Of a stretch of 64,000 nt of DNA, positions 29,052 through 37,895 are shown one piece after another (position 1 is the first letter of the stretch; every line of letters begins with the position of its first letter). This stretch comes from Candidatus Latescibacterota bacterium. GTDB taxonomy: Bacteria > Latescibacterota > UBA2968 > UBA8231. Position numbers and translations under genes: made by a program. The stretch covers positions 2,560,001 through 2,624,000 of the forward strand of contig OZ242005.1 in assembly GCA_965204725.1 (NCBI GenBank), given 5' to 3'. The notes under the pieces are model-generated. The model had not been told where the DNA came from. It ran no database searches and saw only the letters and a list, made by a program, of their open reading frames with translations.

Positions 29052-29345
29052 ATGCACAGGCAGCGCGCATTCCCCACGTCCCCCTCGGTATCCCGTCTGG
29101 GCGGCGAGCTCAGCGCAGTCATCAATCGGGTGCGGAGTGCTTTCGGTCCCATTCCCATGCGCGGCTTAGCCGGCCGGCCCCAAGTTCAGCGGGCCGAGCA
29201 AGTCGTCGATCAAACCGCCCGTCAGCTCCTCCGCGGCCAAGCGGATTGGAGCGCGTGGTATCGGGTGCTGCGTCAGTACGAAGATGCTTGGATGCTAGAG
29301 TTGGAAAGGATGCGCAGCACCCGCGCCGAGCGCTGTGCGGCTTGA
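29052..29345 (+). CDS. Hypothetical protein
   Basis: AGGAGG RBS, downstream of the promoter above. Confidence 0.65.
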   Translation: MHRQRAFPTSPSVSRLGGELSAVINRVRSAFGPIPMRGLAGRPQVQRAEQVVDQTARQLLRGQADWSAWYRVLRQYEDAWMLELERMRSTRAERCAA

Positions 29346-29347
29346 GG

Positions 29348-29611
29348 CTAACCGAGGTGGATCTCATCCACTTTGCCGACGATGGCTGCATCCGTAGGCA
29401 GTGGAGGGGCAAAGGCATTGCAGGCTTCGCGGGCGACCTCGACGATCACGGCGTCGCCCTCGCGCAGGGCCGCCCAAGTCGCGCAGACCTCGGCCTCGCC
29501 TATTTGCTCTAGGTGCTCGTCAAGGTCTTGGGTCAGGTGCAATATCTGGCCGCGGAACGGCTCAATGCACTGCGAGAGCACTACCGTGCCCACCACCTTG
29601 GCCAACTTCAC
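29348..29611 (-). CDS. EutN/CcmL BMC vertex protein
   Basis: KLAKVVGTVV...DAAIVGKVD. Confidence 0.85.
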   Translation of the reverse strand: MKLAKVVGTVVLSQCIEPFRGQILHLTQDLDEHLEQIGEAEVCATWAALREGDAVIVEVAREACNAFAPPLPTDAAIVGKVDEIHLG

Positions 29612-29868
29612 GCGGCCACCTCCTCGTCGATAATTCCCACGATCACACTCCTGCATGGGGGGTGCTTGGCCCCGGTCACCTCGGCCCCAGCAGCCCCAGA
29701 CTGAACGACCAACACTTTGCTGCCGATTCCCGCTTGGACTCCATCCACCGCCACCTGCAAAGCACCGCCTTCCTCGCCTTCGGGGCGCACCACCATGATC
29801 TTCTGCCCGGCGAGCAAGGGATGTTTGCTGCTGGCGACTACGTGGCCAACGACGCGGCAGACCCTCAT
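29608..29868 (-). CDS. EutN/CcmL BMC vertex protein
   Basis: MRVCRVVGHVVASSKH...AVDGVQAGIG...IVGIID. Confidence 0.92.
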   Translation of the reverse strand: MRVCRVVGHVVASSKHPLLAGQKIMVVRPEGEEGGALQVAVDGVQAGIGSKVLVVQSGAAGAEVTGAKHPPCRSVIVGIIDEEVAA

Positions 29869-30167
29869 GCGACTTGCTTTTCTAGGGCGCGTCCAAACGC
29901 CTGTAGCGAATCCACGATACCGATAATCAGCGCATCTACTGGCCTCTGATCCATGCCTGGGGCCTGCCGCGCCGAGCTGCCCTGCACGACGACCACCAGT
30001 TCGCCTTCGCCCGCTTGCACAGCGTCGATGCAGACGAGGTGTTTCTGGGTATGCTGCAAGCCCTCGGGCGTGGCGGCGAGGATTTCGACTATCAGTAGTT
30101 TCTCGCCCTCAAGGGCATCTACCTTGGCACTCGAAACCACGTGCCCTTTGACGAGGCCGAGTATCAC
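29865..30167 (-). CDS. EutN/CcmL BMC vertex protein
   Basis: GLVKGHVVSSAK...DAVQAGEGE...GSSAR...PVDALIIGIVD. Confidence 0.92.
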   Translation of the reverse strand: MILGLVKGHVVSSAKVDALEGEKLLIVEILAATPEGLQHTQKHLVCIDAVQAGEGELVVVVQGSSARQAPGMDQRPVDALIIGIVDSLQAFGRALEKQVA

Positions 30168-31459
30168 GGGCCGTCCTCAAAAAGTTGCAAGCGGGCGGCG
30201 TTGATTTCTTGTGCGCCGTACCCGTACAAGCCGGCGACCTTCTCCAATACTTGGTTCATGAGAATATCCGGGCAGGACGCGCCCGAGGTAATGACGAGCC
30301 GCACGGGCAGGGGGCGCGGCAGCCAGCCTTCGCTCTCGATTACTTTCTTCGCGTGGATGTCGAAATGGCGGATGCGCTGGGCCGATAGGATCTCGTCGCT
30401 GTTGGCAATGAGAAAGCTCGGCATGGATTGGAGGCATAGCTCGACTAAATGCGAGGTGTTCGAGCTATTGTAGCCGCCGACAATCAGCGCCAAATCGGCA
30501 CCCGAGCTTAACAGCGTGCGCGTGGCGTTCTGGTTTTGGTGGGTGGCGTAGCACAGGGTGTCGTTGGTGTCGGCGCAGTGGTAGTCGAGGTTTTCCGCGC
30601 CGTAGCGCTGGCGCATGGCACGGCGCAGAATGGCGGCCACTTCCTGTGTTTCCTCCGCGAGCATGGTCGTCTGGTTGACCACGGCCACCCGCTCTAAGTC
30701 CTTTTGTGGGTCGAAACCCTCTGAGCATTTGTCGGCAAAGGTGCGCTTGAAGTCGGCGAGCGACATCGCGCCCGTGATGTACGCGGCCACCTTTTCGGCT
30801 TCGGTCGCGTCGAACACCACGAGGGTCTTGGCGTGTGCCTCGGTGTGCGAATGAGTCGCTTGCGTCTCCGCGTGGTTGTACGTGCCGTGGATGATGATGG
30901 TATAGCCTTGGCGGCCTAGCTCCTCGCCGCGCTTCCACACCTTGGACACAAAGGGGCAGGTGGTATCGTAGTTTTCCCGGTACTCCTCGGACTCGGTGGC
31001 AATGCCGCTTTGACGGAGCGATTCCTCGACCTGCGTGGTGGTGCCAAAGGCCGGGATCAGGGCGATGTCTTCGCCGCTCAGTTCCTCCTCGGCGATCTGG
31101 CGGTCTCCCTTAGTGTCGTAGATGAAGCGGACGCCTTGCTTTTTGAGGTCGTTGTTGACTAGGGGGTTGTGGATGATCTCGCTGACGAGGTACGTGTTGC
31201 GACCCGGGTTTTCCTTTAAGGCCGAAAAGGCCATGTGAATGGCCCGCTCAACCCCGAAGCAAAAGCCAAAGTGCCGGGGGATTAAAACCTGTAGCTGGCC
31301 GATCGCTAGGAGCGTTGGGCACAGCGAACGCTTGCCGTTTTTCAGGCGGTAGTCCTTGACGCGCTGGATGATGGGGCCGGCGTAGTGATTGGGGACCCGG
31401 TCGAATTGCGAATACGCCATGCGAAGCTCCTCGTGGAATTCTATGTCTATGAAAGACAT
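30164..31459 (-). CDS. ispH: 4-hydroxy-3-methylbut-2-enyl diphosphate reductase
   Basis: GFCFGVERAI, IIHNP, DTTCPFV, NQTT, DTLCYAT, GGYNSSNT, TSGASCPD. Confidence 0.93.
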   Translation of the reverse strand: MSFIDIEFHEELRMAYSQFDRVPNHYAGPIIQRVKDYRLKNGKRSLCPTLLAIGQLQVLIPRHFGFCFGVERAIHMAFSALKENPGRNTYLVSEIIHNPLVNNDLKKQGVRFIYDTKGDRQIAEEELSGEDIALIPAFGTTTQVEESLRQSGIATESEEYRENYDTTCPFVSKVWKRGEELGRQGYTIIIHGTYNHAETQATHSHTEAHAKTLVVFDATEAEKVAAYITGAMSLADFKRTFADKCSEGFDPQKDLERVAVVNQTTMLAEETQEVAAILRRAMRQRYGAENLDYHCADTNDTLCYATHQNQNATRTLLSSGADLALIVGGYNSSNTSHLVELCLQSMPSFLIANSDEILSAQRIRHFDIHAKKVIESEGWLPRPLPVRLVITSGASCPDILMNQVLEKVAGLYGYGAQEINAARLQLFEDGP

Positions 31460-31558
31460 AGTACAGCATCCGATTAAACTGTCAATAGCGCGTCCTGCTT
31501 GGGGCCGGGCGATTGGTTATATTGCCCGATGCTGAATTCACCAAGGGAGTGTCAACCC

Positions 31559-32623
31559 ATGAAATTCGTCATTCGCGCCGGCGGGATCGGTACGCGGCTG
31601 TGGCCCTATAGCCGCGAGCGCAAGCCCAAACAGTTCCACAGCTTGGTCGGCGAGCAGACCATGCTCCAAGCCGCGGTCGCCCGCATCGGCGCGATTGCCG
31701 CGCCGACCGATGTGTATGTATCAACCGGCCGTCGGTTGCAGTCGCTGGTGCGCCAACAGGTGCCGACGCTGTCGCCCGAGCGGATCATCGTCGAGCCGGC
31801 CCTGCGCAACACCGGGCCGGCCATCGGCTTGGAGTGTGCGTTGTTGGAGGCGCACCATCCGGGCTGTACGGTCGCCAGCTTGGGATCGGATCACTACATA
31901 GGCCGGCCCGAGGAGTTCTGCCGCTTGTTGCAGGTCGCCGACCAAGCCCTAACCGACCGGCCCGACTACTTGTTCACGCTAGGGGTCCAGCCGACGCGCC
32001 CAGAGACCGGCTACGGCTACATCCGCCGCGGCCCGGTGCTGGCCGAGGTGCGCGGGACGCCGGTGTACGCCGTGGCCGAGTTTGCGGAAAAGCCCGCTGC
32101 ACCACAGGCGACCGAGTACGCAGCCAGCGGCCACTACTTGTGGAATAGCAACACGTTTGTCTGGAAGGCGGCGACCGTGCTGGAGCTTTTCGCCCGCTTT
32201 GAGCCAACCCTGTACGCCGGGTTGCAGCGCATCCAAGCAGCCGTTGGCACGCCGGAAGAGGACGCGGTCATCGCCCGCGAGTATCCACAACTCAAGCCGA
32301 TCTCCATCGATCACGCCTTAGTCGAGCGCGCCCCCAAGGTGGCTACGCTGGCGGCGGACATTGACTGGGGCGACATCGGTTCTTGGGCCGCGCTGACGGA
32401 TGTATTGCCGACGGATGCGGCGGGCAATTTGCTGGCGGGCGAGGTGGTGGCATTGGACGCGGCCCGTTCGACGGTGTACGGGCAAGGCGACAAGATCGTG
32501 CTGCTATTGGGGGTGGAGGATTTGGTCGTGGTGGATACCCAAGACGCGCTGCTGGTGTGCGCCAAGGGGGCGGCGCAGCAGGTGAAAGACGCGGTGGCCC
32601 GTCTCCAAGAGAAATATCGCTGA
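31559..32623 (+). CDS. manC: Mannose-1-phosphate guanylyltransferase
   Basis: AGGIGTRLWPYSR..PKQF, EPALRNTG, SDH, ETGYGYI, FAEKP, WGDIGSW. Confidence 0.88.
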   Translation: MKFVIRAGGIGTRLWPYSRERKPKQFHSLVGEQTMLQAAVARIGAIAAPTDVYVSTGRRLQSLVRQQVPTLSPERIIVEPALRNTGPAIGLECALLEAHHPGCTVASLGSDHYIGRPEEFCRLLQVADQALTDRPDYLFTLGVQPTRPETGYGYIRRGPVLAEVRGTPVYAVAEFAEKPAAPQATEYAASGHYLWNSNTFVWKAATVLELFARFEPTLYAGLQRIQAAVGTPEEDAVIAREYPQLKPISIDHALVERAPKVATLAADIDWGDIGSWAALTDVLPTDAAGNLLAGEVVALDAARSTVYGQGDKIVLLLGVEDLVVVDTQDALLVCAKGAAQQVKDAVARLQEKYR

Positions 32624-32643
32624 AAACCCGCCAAGTTGATTTT

Positions 32644-32919
32644 TTAGCCCTGATTGGGGCTTATAGGTTGCGTAAAGCCAGTTAGCAAGGAAAAAATGAT
32701 GAGACCCAAGATTGCGATCAATAAGTAGCAGCCGAGCATTCGCTTAAATGATCCCTGATACTCTCTATCAAAACGTTCAGCAAATGTCCCGTCTTTCTTG
32801 TCGCCTGACATCGCTCTCATTGCCGCGCCTATACCTAACAGTAGAAAAAGGATCGCCACTGGTGGCAATGGTATTGTCGCGAAGGCGAGTATAACAAGAA
32901 TGACAGCAAGGCATCCCAT
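32644..32919 (-). CDS. Small membrane protein
   Basis: GGAGG RBS; hydrophobic N- and C-terminal segments. Confidence 0.6.
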   Translation of the reverse strand: MGCLAVILVILAFATIPLPPVAILFLLLGIGAAMRAMSGDKKDGTFAERFDREYQGSFKRMLGCYLLIAILGLIIFSLLTGFTQPISPNQG

Positions 32920-33010
32920 TGATTTTCCTCCGAATTTTCGGAGCTATAGCAGTCCTAAATGACTCGAAAGCATGGAATGTTGATCGGCACGGTCTTTTTT
33001 GCCTATCAGG

Positions 33011-33038
33011 CGTCATTCCCGCGAACGCGGGAATCCAG
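33011..33038. repeat. REP/dRS3-like palindrome CGTCATTCCCGCGAACGCGGGAATCCAG
   Basis: ATTCCC-N8-GGGAAT hairpin. Confidence 0.7.
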
Positions 33039-33075
33039 TCTTGAAGGATGTAGGATGGCTATATTTAACAAGGTA

Positions 33076-33903
33076 TCAGAACGCTTCATTCACCATCAGC
33101 TTGTAGAAACGCGCCTCCACGGCCCTCAAACGATCTTGATAGAGCTTTTTGTCCGTTGGGCCGGTTGAATCAAAAACTCTCACGAAAAACCGGCACTTTC
33201 TCGATTTAGACCACTCGAATAAGTCAGACGTTGAAGAAAGAAAAAGTTGTTCCGATACATCTTGATCCAAGACGATGTTTTGAATGGGTAGCGTCTGCCG
33301 TTCACTCGCTCGCTGCGGCAGGTCGGTCTCCCGCACGACTAGGCCAGCGGGCGTCAGGTTCACGTCGTATATGTATTCAATGGTTCCATCGTCGAGCGTC
33401 CAGCAGGATGGAACCTCGGTCCCTTTGCCGGCTGAGTATTCCTGCACCAGTTCCAATAGCTTTTCTACATTCCTCTCGCCAGCCGGTAGAAGCTCCCGAA
33501 TGGTTGAGTACTCACGTCCCATTTCTAGCGTGTTTATTATAGCTTCCGGTTCGGACAAAAAGCCAGCTTCCTCTGCGGTGCTGTGAAGCCTTTCAAGCTG
33601 TTGCTTTGCATCGCTGAGAAGTACCAATTCCCGCTGTAATTCCTCGATATTCTTACCGCCATCTGGCAGTATCTCTTGGATGGCGGCAAACTGCGCCTCA
33701 AGTTGTGCCTCAAGTAGGGTGATTGTTTCTTGCCGTTCCTCTGCGACGCGCTCGGCTTCCTTCTGCTTCTCTTGTTGGCGCACCAACAAGGCGGCAAAAG
33801 CGAGCAGTAGAACGAAGATGATGAGAATGGCGATCTCAGCCATGGTGAGGCCGAGAATAAGACCTCGTCGGTAGGCAGAGGTCTGCTTTCCAAGGGATGC
33901 CAT
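33076..33903 (-). CDS. MotB/ExbD/ZorB-like single-TM protein with coiled coil and non-OmpA C-terminal domain
   Basis: GLTMAEIAILIIFVLLL TM with an acidic residue at its start; follows a MotA-like gene. Confidence 0.6.
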   Translation of the reverse strand: MASLGKQTSAYRRGLILGLTMAEIAILIIFVLLLAFAALLVRQQEKQKEAERVAEERQETITLLEAQLEAQFAAIQEILPDGGKNIEELQRELVLLSDAKQQLERLHSTAEEAGFLSEPEAIINTLEMGREYSTIRELLPAGERNVEKLLELVQEYSAGKGTEVPSCWTLDDGTIEYIYDVNLTPAGLVVRETDLPQRASERQTLPIQNIVLDQDVSEQLFLSSTSDLFEWSKSRKCRFFVRVFDSTGPTDKKLYQDRLRAVEARFYKLMVNEAF

Positions 33904-33929
33904 ATTGATTTGTGTTCAGTCTCGCCTTG

Positions 33930-35195
33930 CTACTTCTCGTCTTTGTCTTGACGGGCTCGCCATTCGTCAAACCGCGTGTAACTAGCTTGTAGTTCTTGTT
34001 CGTTCGTGTTTGTCTCTGCGGATTGCGTCTCTTGTTGATCGGTTTTTCTATCTGCGGCTCGGAGTTTGGCTTGGTCGGTGTCGCTCATAAACTGCGCCGC
34101 CAGATCGGTCGTGCGAGGCGGAATAGCTTCCTTTTCAATCTGCTGGATCGGAACTTTCAGCAGCCGTTCGAGCAGGTCTTCGGGCACGTTCAGCCTGTTG
34201 ATCTTCTCAACAAGCTCTCCTATGCTGGCAGATACCTCGTTTGCAGCCTGTTGTAAACCTCGCTCTAATTCGTCGGTCGGAATCTGCACACTGTTGAGTC
34301 GATTCGCGAGTGCTTCTCCGGCTGCGCCAATTTGTTCGGCCCCCGCTTTAATCTGCTCGATCGGAACTTTCAGCAACTGTTCGAGTAGGTCTTCGGGCAC
34401 GTTCAGCCTGTTAATCTTCTCGACAAGTTCTCCTATGCTGGCAGATACTGCGTCCGAACTGACATTTATCACACCCACACTAGCAGACACCGCGTCCGAA
34501 CTAGCTTTTACTGCACTGTCGAGGTTTGATACTCGCTCATTGAGACCGGACACCGTATTGCCGAAACTGTCGAGGTTGGCTTGAAACTGCTCGCGACTTT
34601 CTTCAACGGTTTTGGTGAAGCGAGTAACTGATGCCTTGAATTGAGAAATAGCTTCCTTTTGTCTGTCGGAGCTCTCTCTAAGAATTTGCTCTAGCTCTAT
34701 TCTAAAAGTTGAAAACTTGCTTAGTTGATAATCAAGTTCGGATACTCTCTCGCTGAGATCGGATACCACATTGCCGAATTCGGATACCACATTGCCGAAT
34801 TTGGAGGTGGCTTCTTCTTCTGGGGATTCTTCAGATTGGTTAAATAAGACCCGGAAAATGATGCCAAATATCGTCGAAGCGATAGCGATGCCAAAATTCG
34901 TGATGATTTGGGTAATTTTTTCGCCAGATTCTTCACTGAGGGAAAATTCAAAAAGCGACACCCCCAAGCTGACGAGGGTATATAAAAACCCAAGGTAATA
35001 GAGGTTATCGCCGACTTTACCGAGTAGATGTTTCTGCTTGCGACAATACCAATAATACCCTGCATATATCAACATGATCGCAACGGGAAAGGCAGTCACG
35101 AAAACCTGATTCACATGGAGCTGCTTGAGAATTATAATCCCTACAGCTCCTATCAAGAAACATGCAAAGAGAATCTGTGAATCTCGTTTATCCAT
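33930..35195 (-). CDS. MotA/TolQ/ExbB/ZorA-like membrane protein with a long repetitive helical tail
   Basis: GDNLYYLGFLYTLVSLGVSL...FGIAIASTIFGIIFR, like the GLLGT...ALxTT helix pair; about 300-aa tail. Confidence 0.65.
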   Translation of the reverse strand: MDKRDSQILFACFLIGAVGIIILKQLHVNQVFVTAFPVAIMLIYAGYYWYCRKQKHLLGKVGDNLYYLGFLYTLVSLGVSLFEFSLSEESGEKITQIITNFGIAIASTIFGIIFRVLFNQSEESPEEEATSKFGNVVSEFGNVVSDLSERVSELDYQLSKFSTFRIELEQILRESSDRQKEAISQFKASVTRFTKTVEESREQFQANLDSFGNTVSGLNERVSNLDSAVKASSDAVSASVGVINVSSDAVSASIGELVEKINRLNVPEDLLEQLLKVPIEQIKAGAEQIGAAGEALANRLNSVQIPTDELERGLQQAANEVSASIGELVEKINRLNVPEDLLERLLKVPIQQIEKEAIPPRTTDLAAQFMSDTDQAKLRAADRKTDQQETQSAETNTNEQELQASYTRFDEWRARQDKDEK

Positions 35196-36007
35196 CAGTC
35201 GTTCATCCCGGAGGTTCTAAGTACGCGTACTACTTGGCCTCCGTGCTGCGAGAGCCAAGATTGGAAGAATTTCAACGGAGGGCCGCCGTCTCCCTGCTGT
35301 CGTTGCCGCCGCTGAATGAGCCATAGTTCTATATCGACGCCCCGCAGATCGGGGTTTAGGCCGCGAGATTCATGGGTGTGCTGGAAGCGGTCGAAATCTG
35401 GCGGCTCCCGATAAAACGAACAGGCGGCACTATTCTGTAGAAGGTCTGAGATAATGATGAGACGCCGTGGGACCGTGCGACGTTTGGTGTCTTGGAAATG
35501 CGTTAGGGAAATCGACTGCACGGATTCCATAATGGGCGACGATGGTGCTTCCTTTTCGGCGAGCAGGGTTTGCAGTTCTTCTTCTAGAGGTTGCCGGAAT
35601 TTCTTCTGCCAGTTTCGACGAACTATTGCTTGGGATTGGACTAGCGGATCGACGTTTTCAGGGTCGCCGGGATTGCAGACCTTAATGATCGGATCGAGGC
35701 CGCGTTCTTGCGTGGATTCCACTGCAAAAAGGCTAATTTCGTGATTTTCTTTGGCCGTATCTAACAGGTTCTGGATTTGAACTTTCAGGTCGTTCTTGGT
35801 CTGAGCACCAAAGGAATCGGTGCGGTCGAGCAGAAGGGCCGTAATCGAATACGGCCCCTCGGTTCTGCAAAGGGTTTCGGGATCGCGGACGATGGGATCG
35901 GGTTTCAACAGTACTAGAGCAACTATAGCTACGAGAACTAGGGCCATCATCGTCCCACCGGCGATGTAGTACCACAGCCCGTCTGGTAGCCTATCTTTTA
36001 ATGACAT
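35195..36007 (-). CDS. Membrane-anchored vWA-like domain protein
   Basis: N-terminal TM; LLLDRTDS (MIDAS-like), SPIMES, RLIIISDLLQNS; Cys residues. Confidence 0.6.
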   Translation of the reverse strand: MSLKDRLPDGLWYYIAGGTMMALVLVAIVALVLLKPDPIVRDPETLCRTEGPYSITALLLDRTDSFGAQTKNDLKVQIQNLLDTAKENHEISLFAVESTQERGLDPIIKVCNPGDPENVDPLVQSQAIVRRNWQKKFRQPLEEELQTLLAEKEAPSSPIMESVQSISLTHFQDTKRRTVPRRLIIISDLLQNSAACSFYREPPDFDRFQHTHESRGLNPDLRGVDIELWLIQRRQRQQGDGGPPLKFFQSWLSQHGGQVVRVLRTSGMND

Positions 36008-36056
36008 GAGCGATCTTTCCGCTTGTTTTTTCGTCTCGACATAATCGGCAGCTAGG

Positions 36057-37487
36057 CTATTCGGTTGGTGGTGGTAGGCGGTGCGGGGCCAATTCCCGCC
36101 ACTCCTTACTATTACGGACGCTATCGTACTTTTCTTTCAATTCCTCCGCGCCGTCCTTAACGCCTGCTCTCGTCTCAGCAATGATCTCTGAAATTTCTTC
36201 GCGTTTCAGCAAAGCCTCTGGCAAGGCACTGTCCATTGGCGATCGTTCTTCCAATTCCCATTTATCATTGAAGCGAGTAGGTGCTTCTCCGCCTCGGCTC
36301 GCACGGTTAACCTCTCGGTAGCGTTTGAGCAAATCGTCTCCTGCCCGCTCCAAGTGGTTGAGGTAGTCCTCGTGCGACTTGATAACGTGCCTATGTCCGT
36401 CCAAGATAGACACGCGGGCCGCCTCGAATCCCGTGAGTCTTTGCTCGATGCTGTTCAGTGTTTTGACCGCCTCATCAAATATCTTTTCTAGGTCTTTTTG
36501 ATGATTGTCATAAGCAGCTTGGTAGTCTTCATATTCACCCTGATAGCGATAGAACACCTTGCTATAACCGGGGTAGGGATCGCCAGCCAATTTTATGCCA
36601 TCGATAAAGCTAATAATTGCAAATAGGAAGCCCATGCAGAACAGCATCCATGACTGGAAGTCCCTTAATCCCAATGGATTCTCGCGAAAAGCAGACATGG
36701 CTAGCTGCCCGCCTTCGTCGAGCACGGTGCCCGTTATTTCTCGATAGTGTGCAACCATTAGGTTAAAGAAGAAGGCAAAGACTACAAATGCAACTGCGGC
36801 GAGGATGCCCACGGATTTTCTACGCCAGTCAATATGGTGACAGTAGGTAATAAGCCGCCTCCCGAGTAAGAAAGCGACCCCGAGATTGGCAAACGAAATA
36901 ACAATAGCTTCAGTATAGGCACCGAATAGCCCCAATTCGTTGCCCTTTGCCAGAAAGGACGCATTGCCCAAGGTCTCAATTAGAAAGAGCAGGGCGATAA
37001 TACCTGAAGCAAAAAACTTGTATGCCCCACTATTTTGCTTAATCGCCTCGCGATACAGGTCATTGTCCTTCTGAAACTTCGTCAAGCGATCTTCTGCTAT
37101 TTTTAACGCTCTTTTCTTCGATCGCAAATTCGTTTTAGCATTCTCGACCTTCTGTTCAAGTTTTACTTTACTATTGCGAATTTCTCCATCAACAGCACCA
37201 ATAGAGTGATTGCGGAATTCTGTGTTGAGTTTGATAAGACGCTTGCGGTATGCGTCTAGCTCTTCATCGCCTCTATCCTTTGCTTTTGACTGATATGTGC
37301 TGATCCGCCCGACAATCTTATTTTCGGTGTCGTCGAGGCTTGGATTGTCTAGCGCAGGCAATCCCCGTTTCGCTGCTGCTTCAGCCTCTTCTGTTAGATG
37401 CAGTTCTTCTGCTATCTTACTTACATCGACTTTCTCAAACAGGTCAGTTGGCATCGCATGGTCCTCCTCATGGGTAAAATCAGTCAC
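36057..37487 (-). CDS. Multi-TM protein with N- and C-terminal coiled coils
   Basis: About 4 hydrophobic segments flanked by heptad-rich regions; start may be the ATG of MPTDLF. Confidence 0.75.
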   Translation of the reverse strand: MTDFTHEEDHAMPTDLFEKVDVSKIAEELHLTEEAEAAAKRGLPALDNPSLDDTENKIVGRISTYQSKAKDRGDEELDAYRKRLIKLNTEFRNHSIGAVDGEIRNSKVKLEQKVENAKTNLRSKKRALKIAEDRLTKFQKDNDLYREAIKQNSGAYKFFASGIIALLFLIETLGNASFLAKGNELGLFGAYTEAIVISFANLGVAFLLGRRLITYCHHIDWRRKSVGILAAVAFVVFAFFFNLMVAHYREITGTVLDEGGQLAMSAFRENPLGLRDFQSWMLFCMGFLFAIISFIDGIKLAGDPYPGYSKVFYRYQGEYEDYQAAYDNHQKDLEKIFDEAVKTLNSIEQRLTGFEAARVSILDGHRHVIKSHEDYLNHLERAGDDLLKRYREVNRASRGGEAPTRFNDKWELEERSPMDSALPEALLKREEISEIIAETRAGVKDGAEELKEKYDSVRNSKEWRELAPHRLPPPTE

Positions 37488-37730
37488 CTAGGGGCGTTTG
37501 ATCCACCAACGGGTATAAGAATGCAACGACCCAGCAGGGTGCCGGGCCATGTAGCCATCTCACAGGTTTTTAGGAGAAGTTCTGCCTATTTGCCGGGCTT
37601 CAGGGAGCTACCCTGTGCCGAATAAAGGCTATTTTATTCAACAGATAACCCGACGGGGCGCGGGCACCTGTGATATGGCTACGGGCAAGAAAGATATAGC
37701 GGTAATTTTTTCGGTCAACAAAAAAATCGC

Positions 37731-37890
37731 CTGCCGACGGACGCGGCGGGCGAGGTGGTGGCGTTGGACTCGGCCTTACGGGCAGGCCGACAAAATCGTG
37801 CTGCTACTGGACTTGGTGCTGCTGGTGTGCGCGAAAGGAGCGGACTCGCAAGCGAAAGACGCGGCGGAGCACCTCAAAGAGAAATACCGC
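37731..37890 (+). repeat. Degenerate direct-repeat copy of the manC 3' end
   Basis: ctgccgacggacgcggcgggcgaggtggtggcgttggac...aaagagaaataccgc matches 32405-32620 with internal deletions. Confidence 0.85.
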
Positions 37891-37895
37891 GAGTT

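Larger units (their letters stand above)
32624..37730. mobile_element. Lower-GC island inserted at the manC 3' end (no integrase seen)
   Basis: Bounded by manC 3' end (32405-32623) and its degenerate copy (37731-37890); visibly more AT-rich. Confidence 0.7.

Noticed and set aside
33076-35195. Flagellar stator motAB, or canonical Zorya I/II
   Set aside because: No OmpA peptidoglycan-binding motif, no flagellar context, no ZorC/D/E-like helicase or HNH genes
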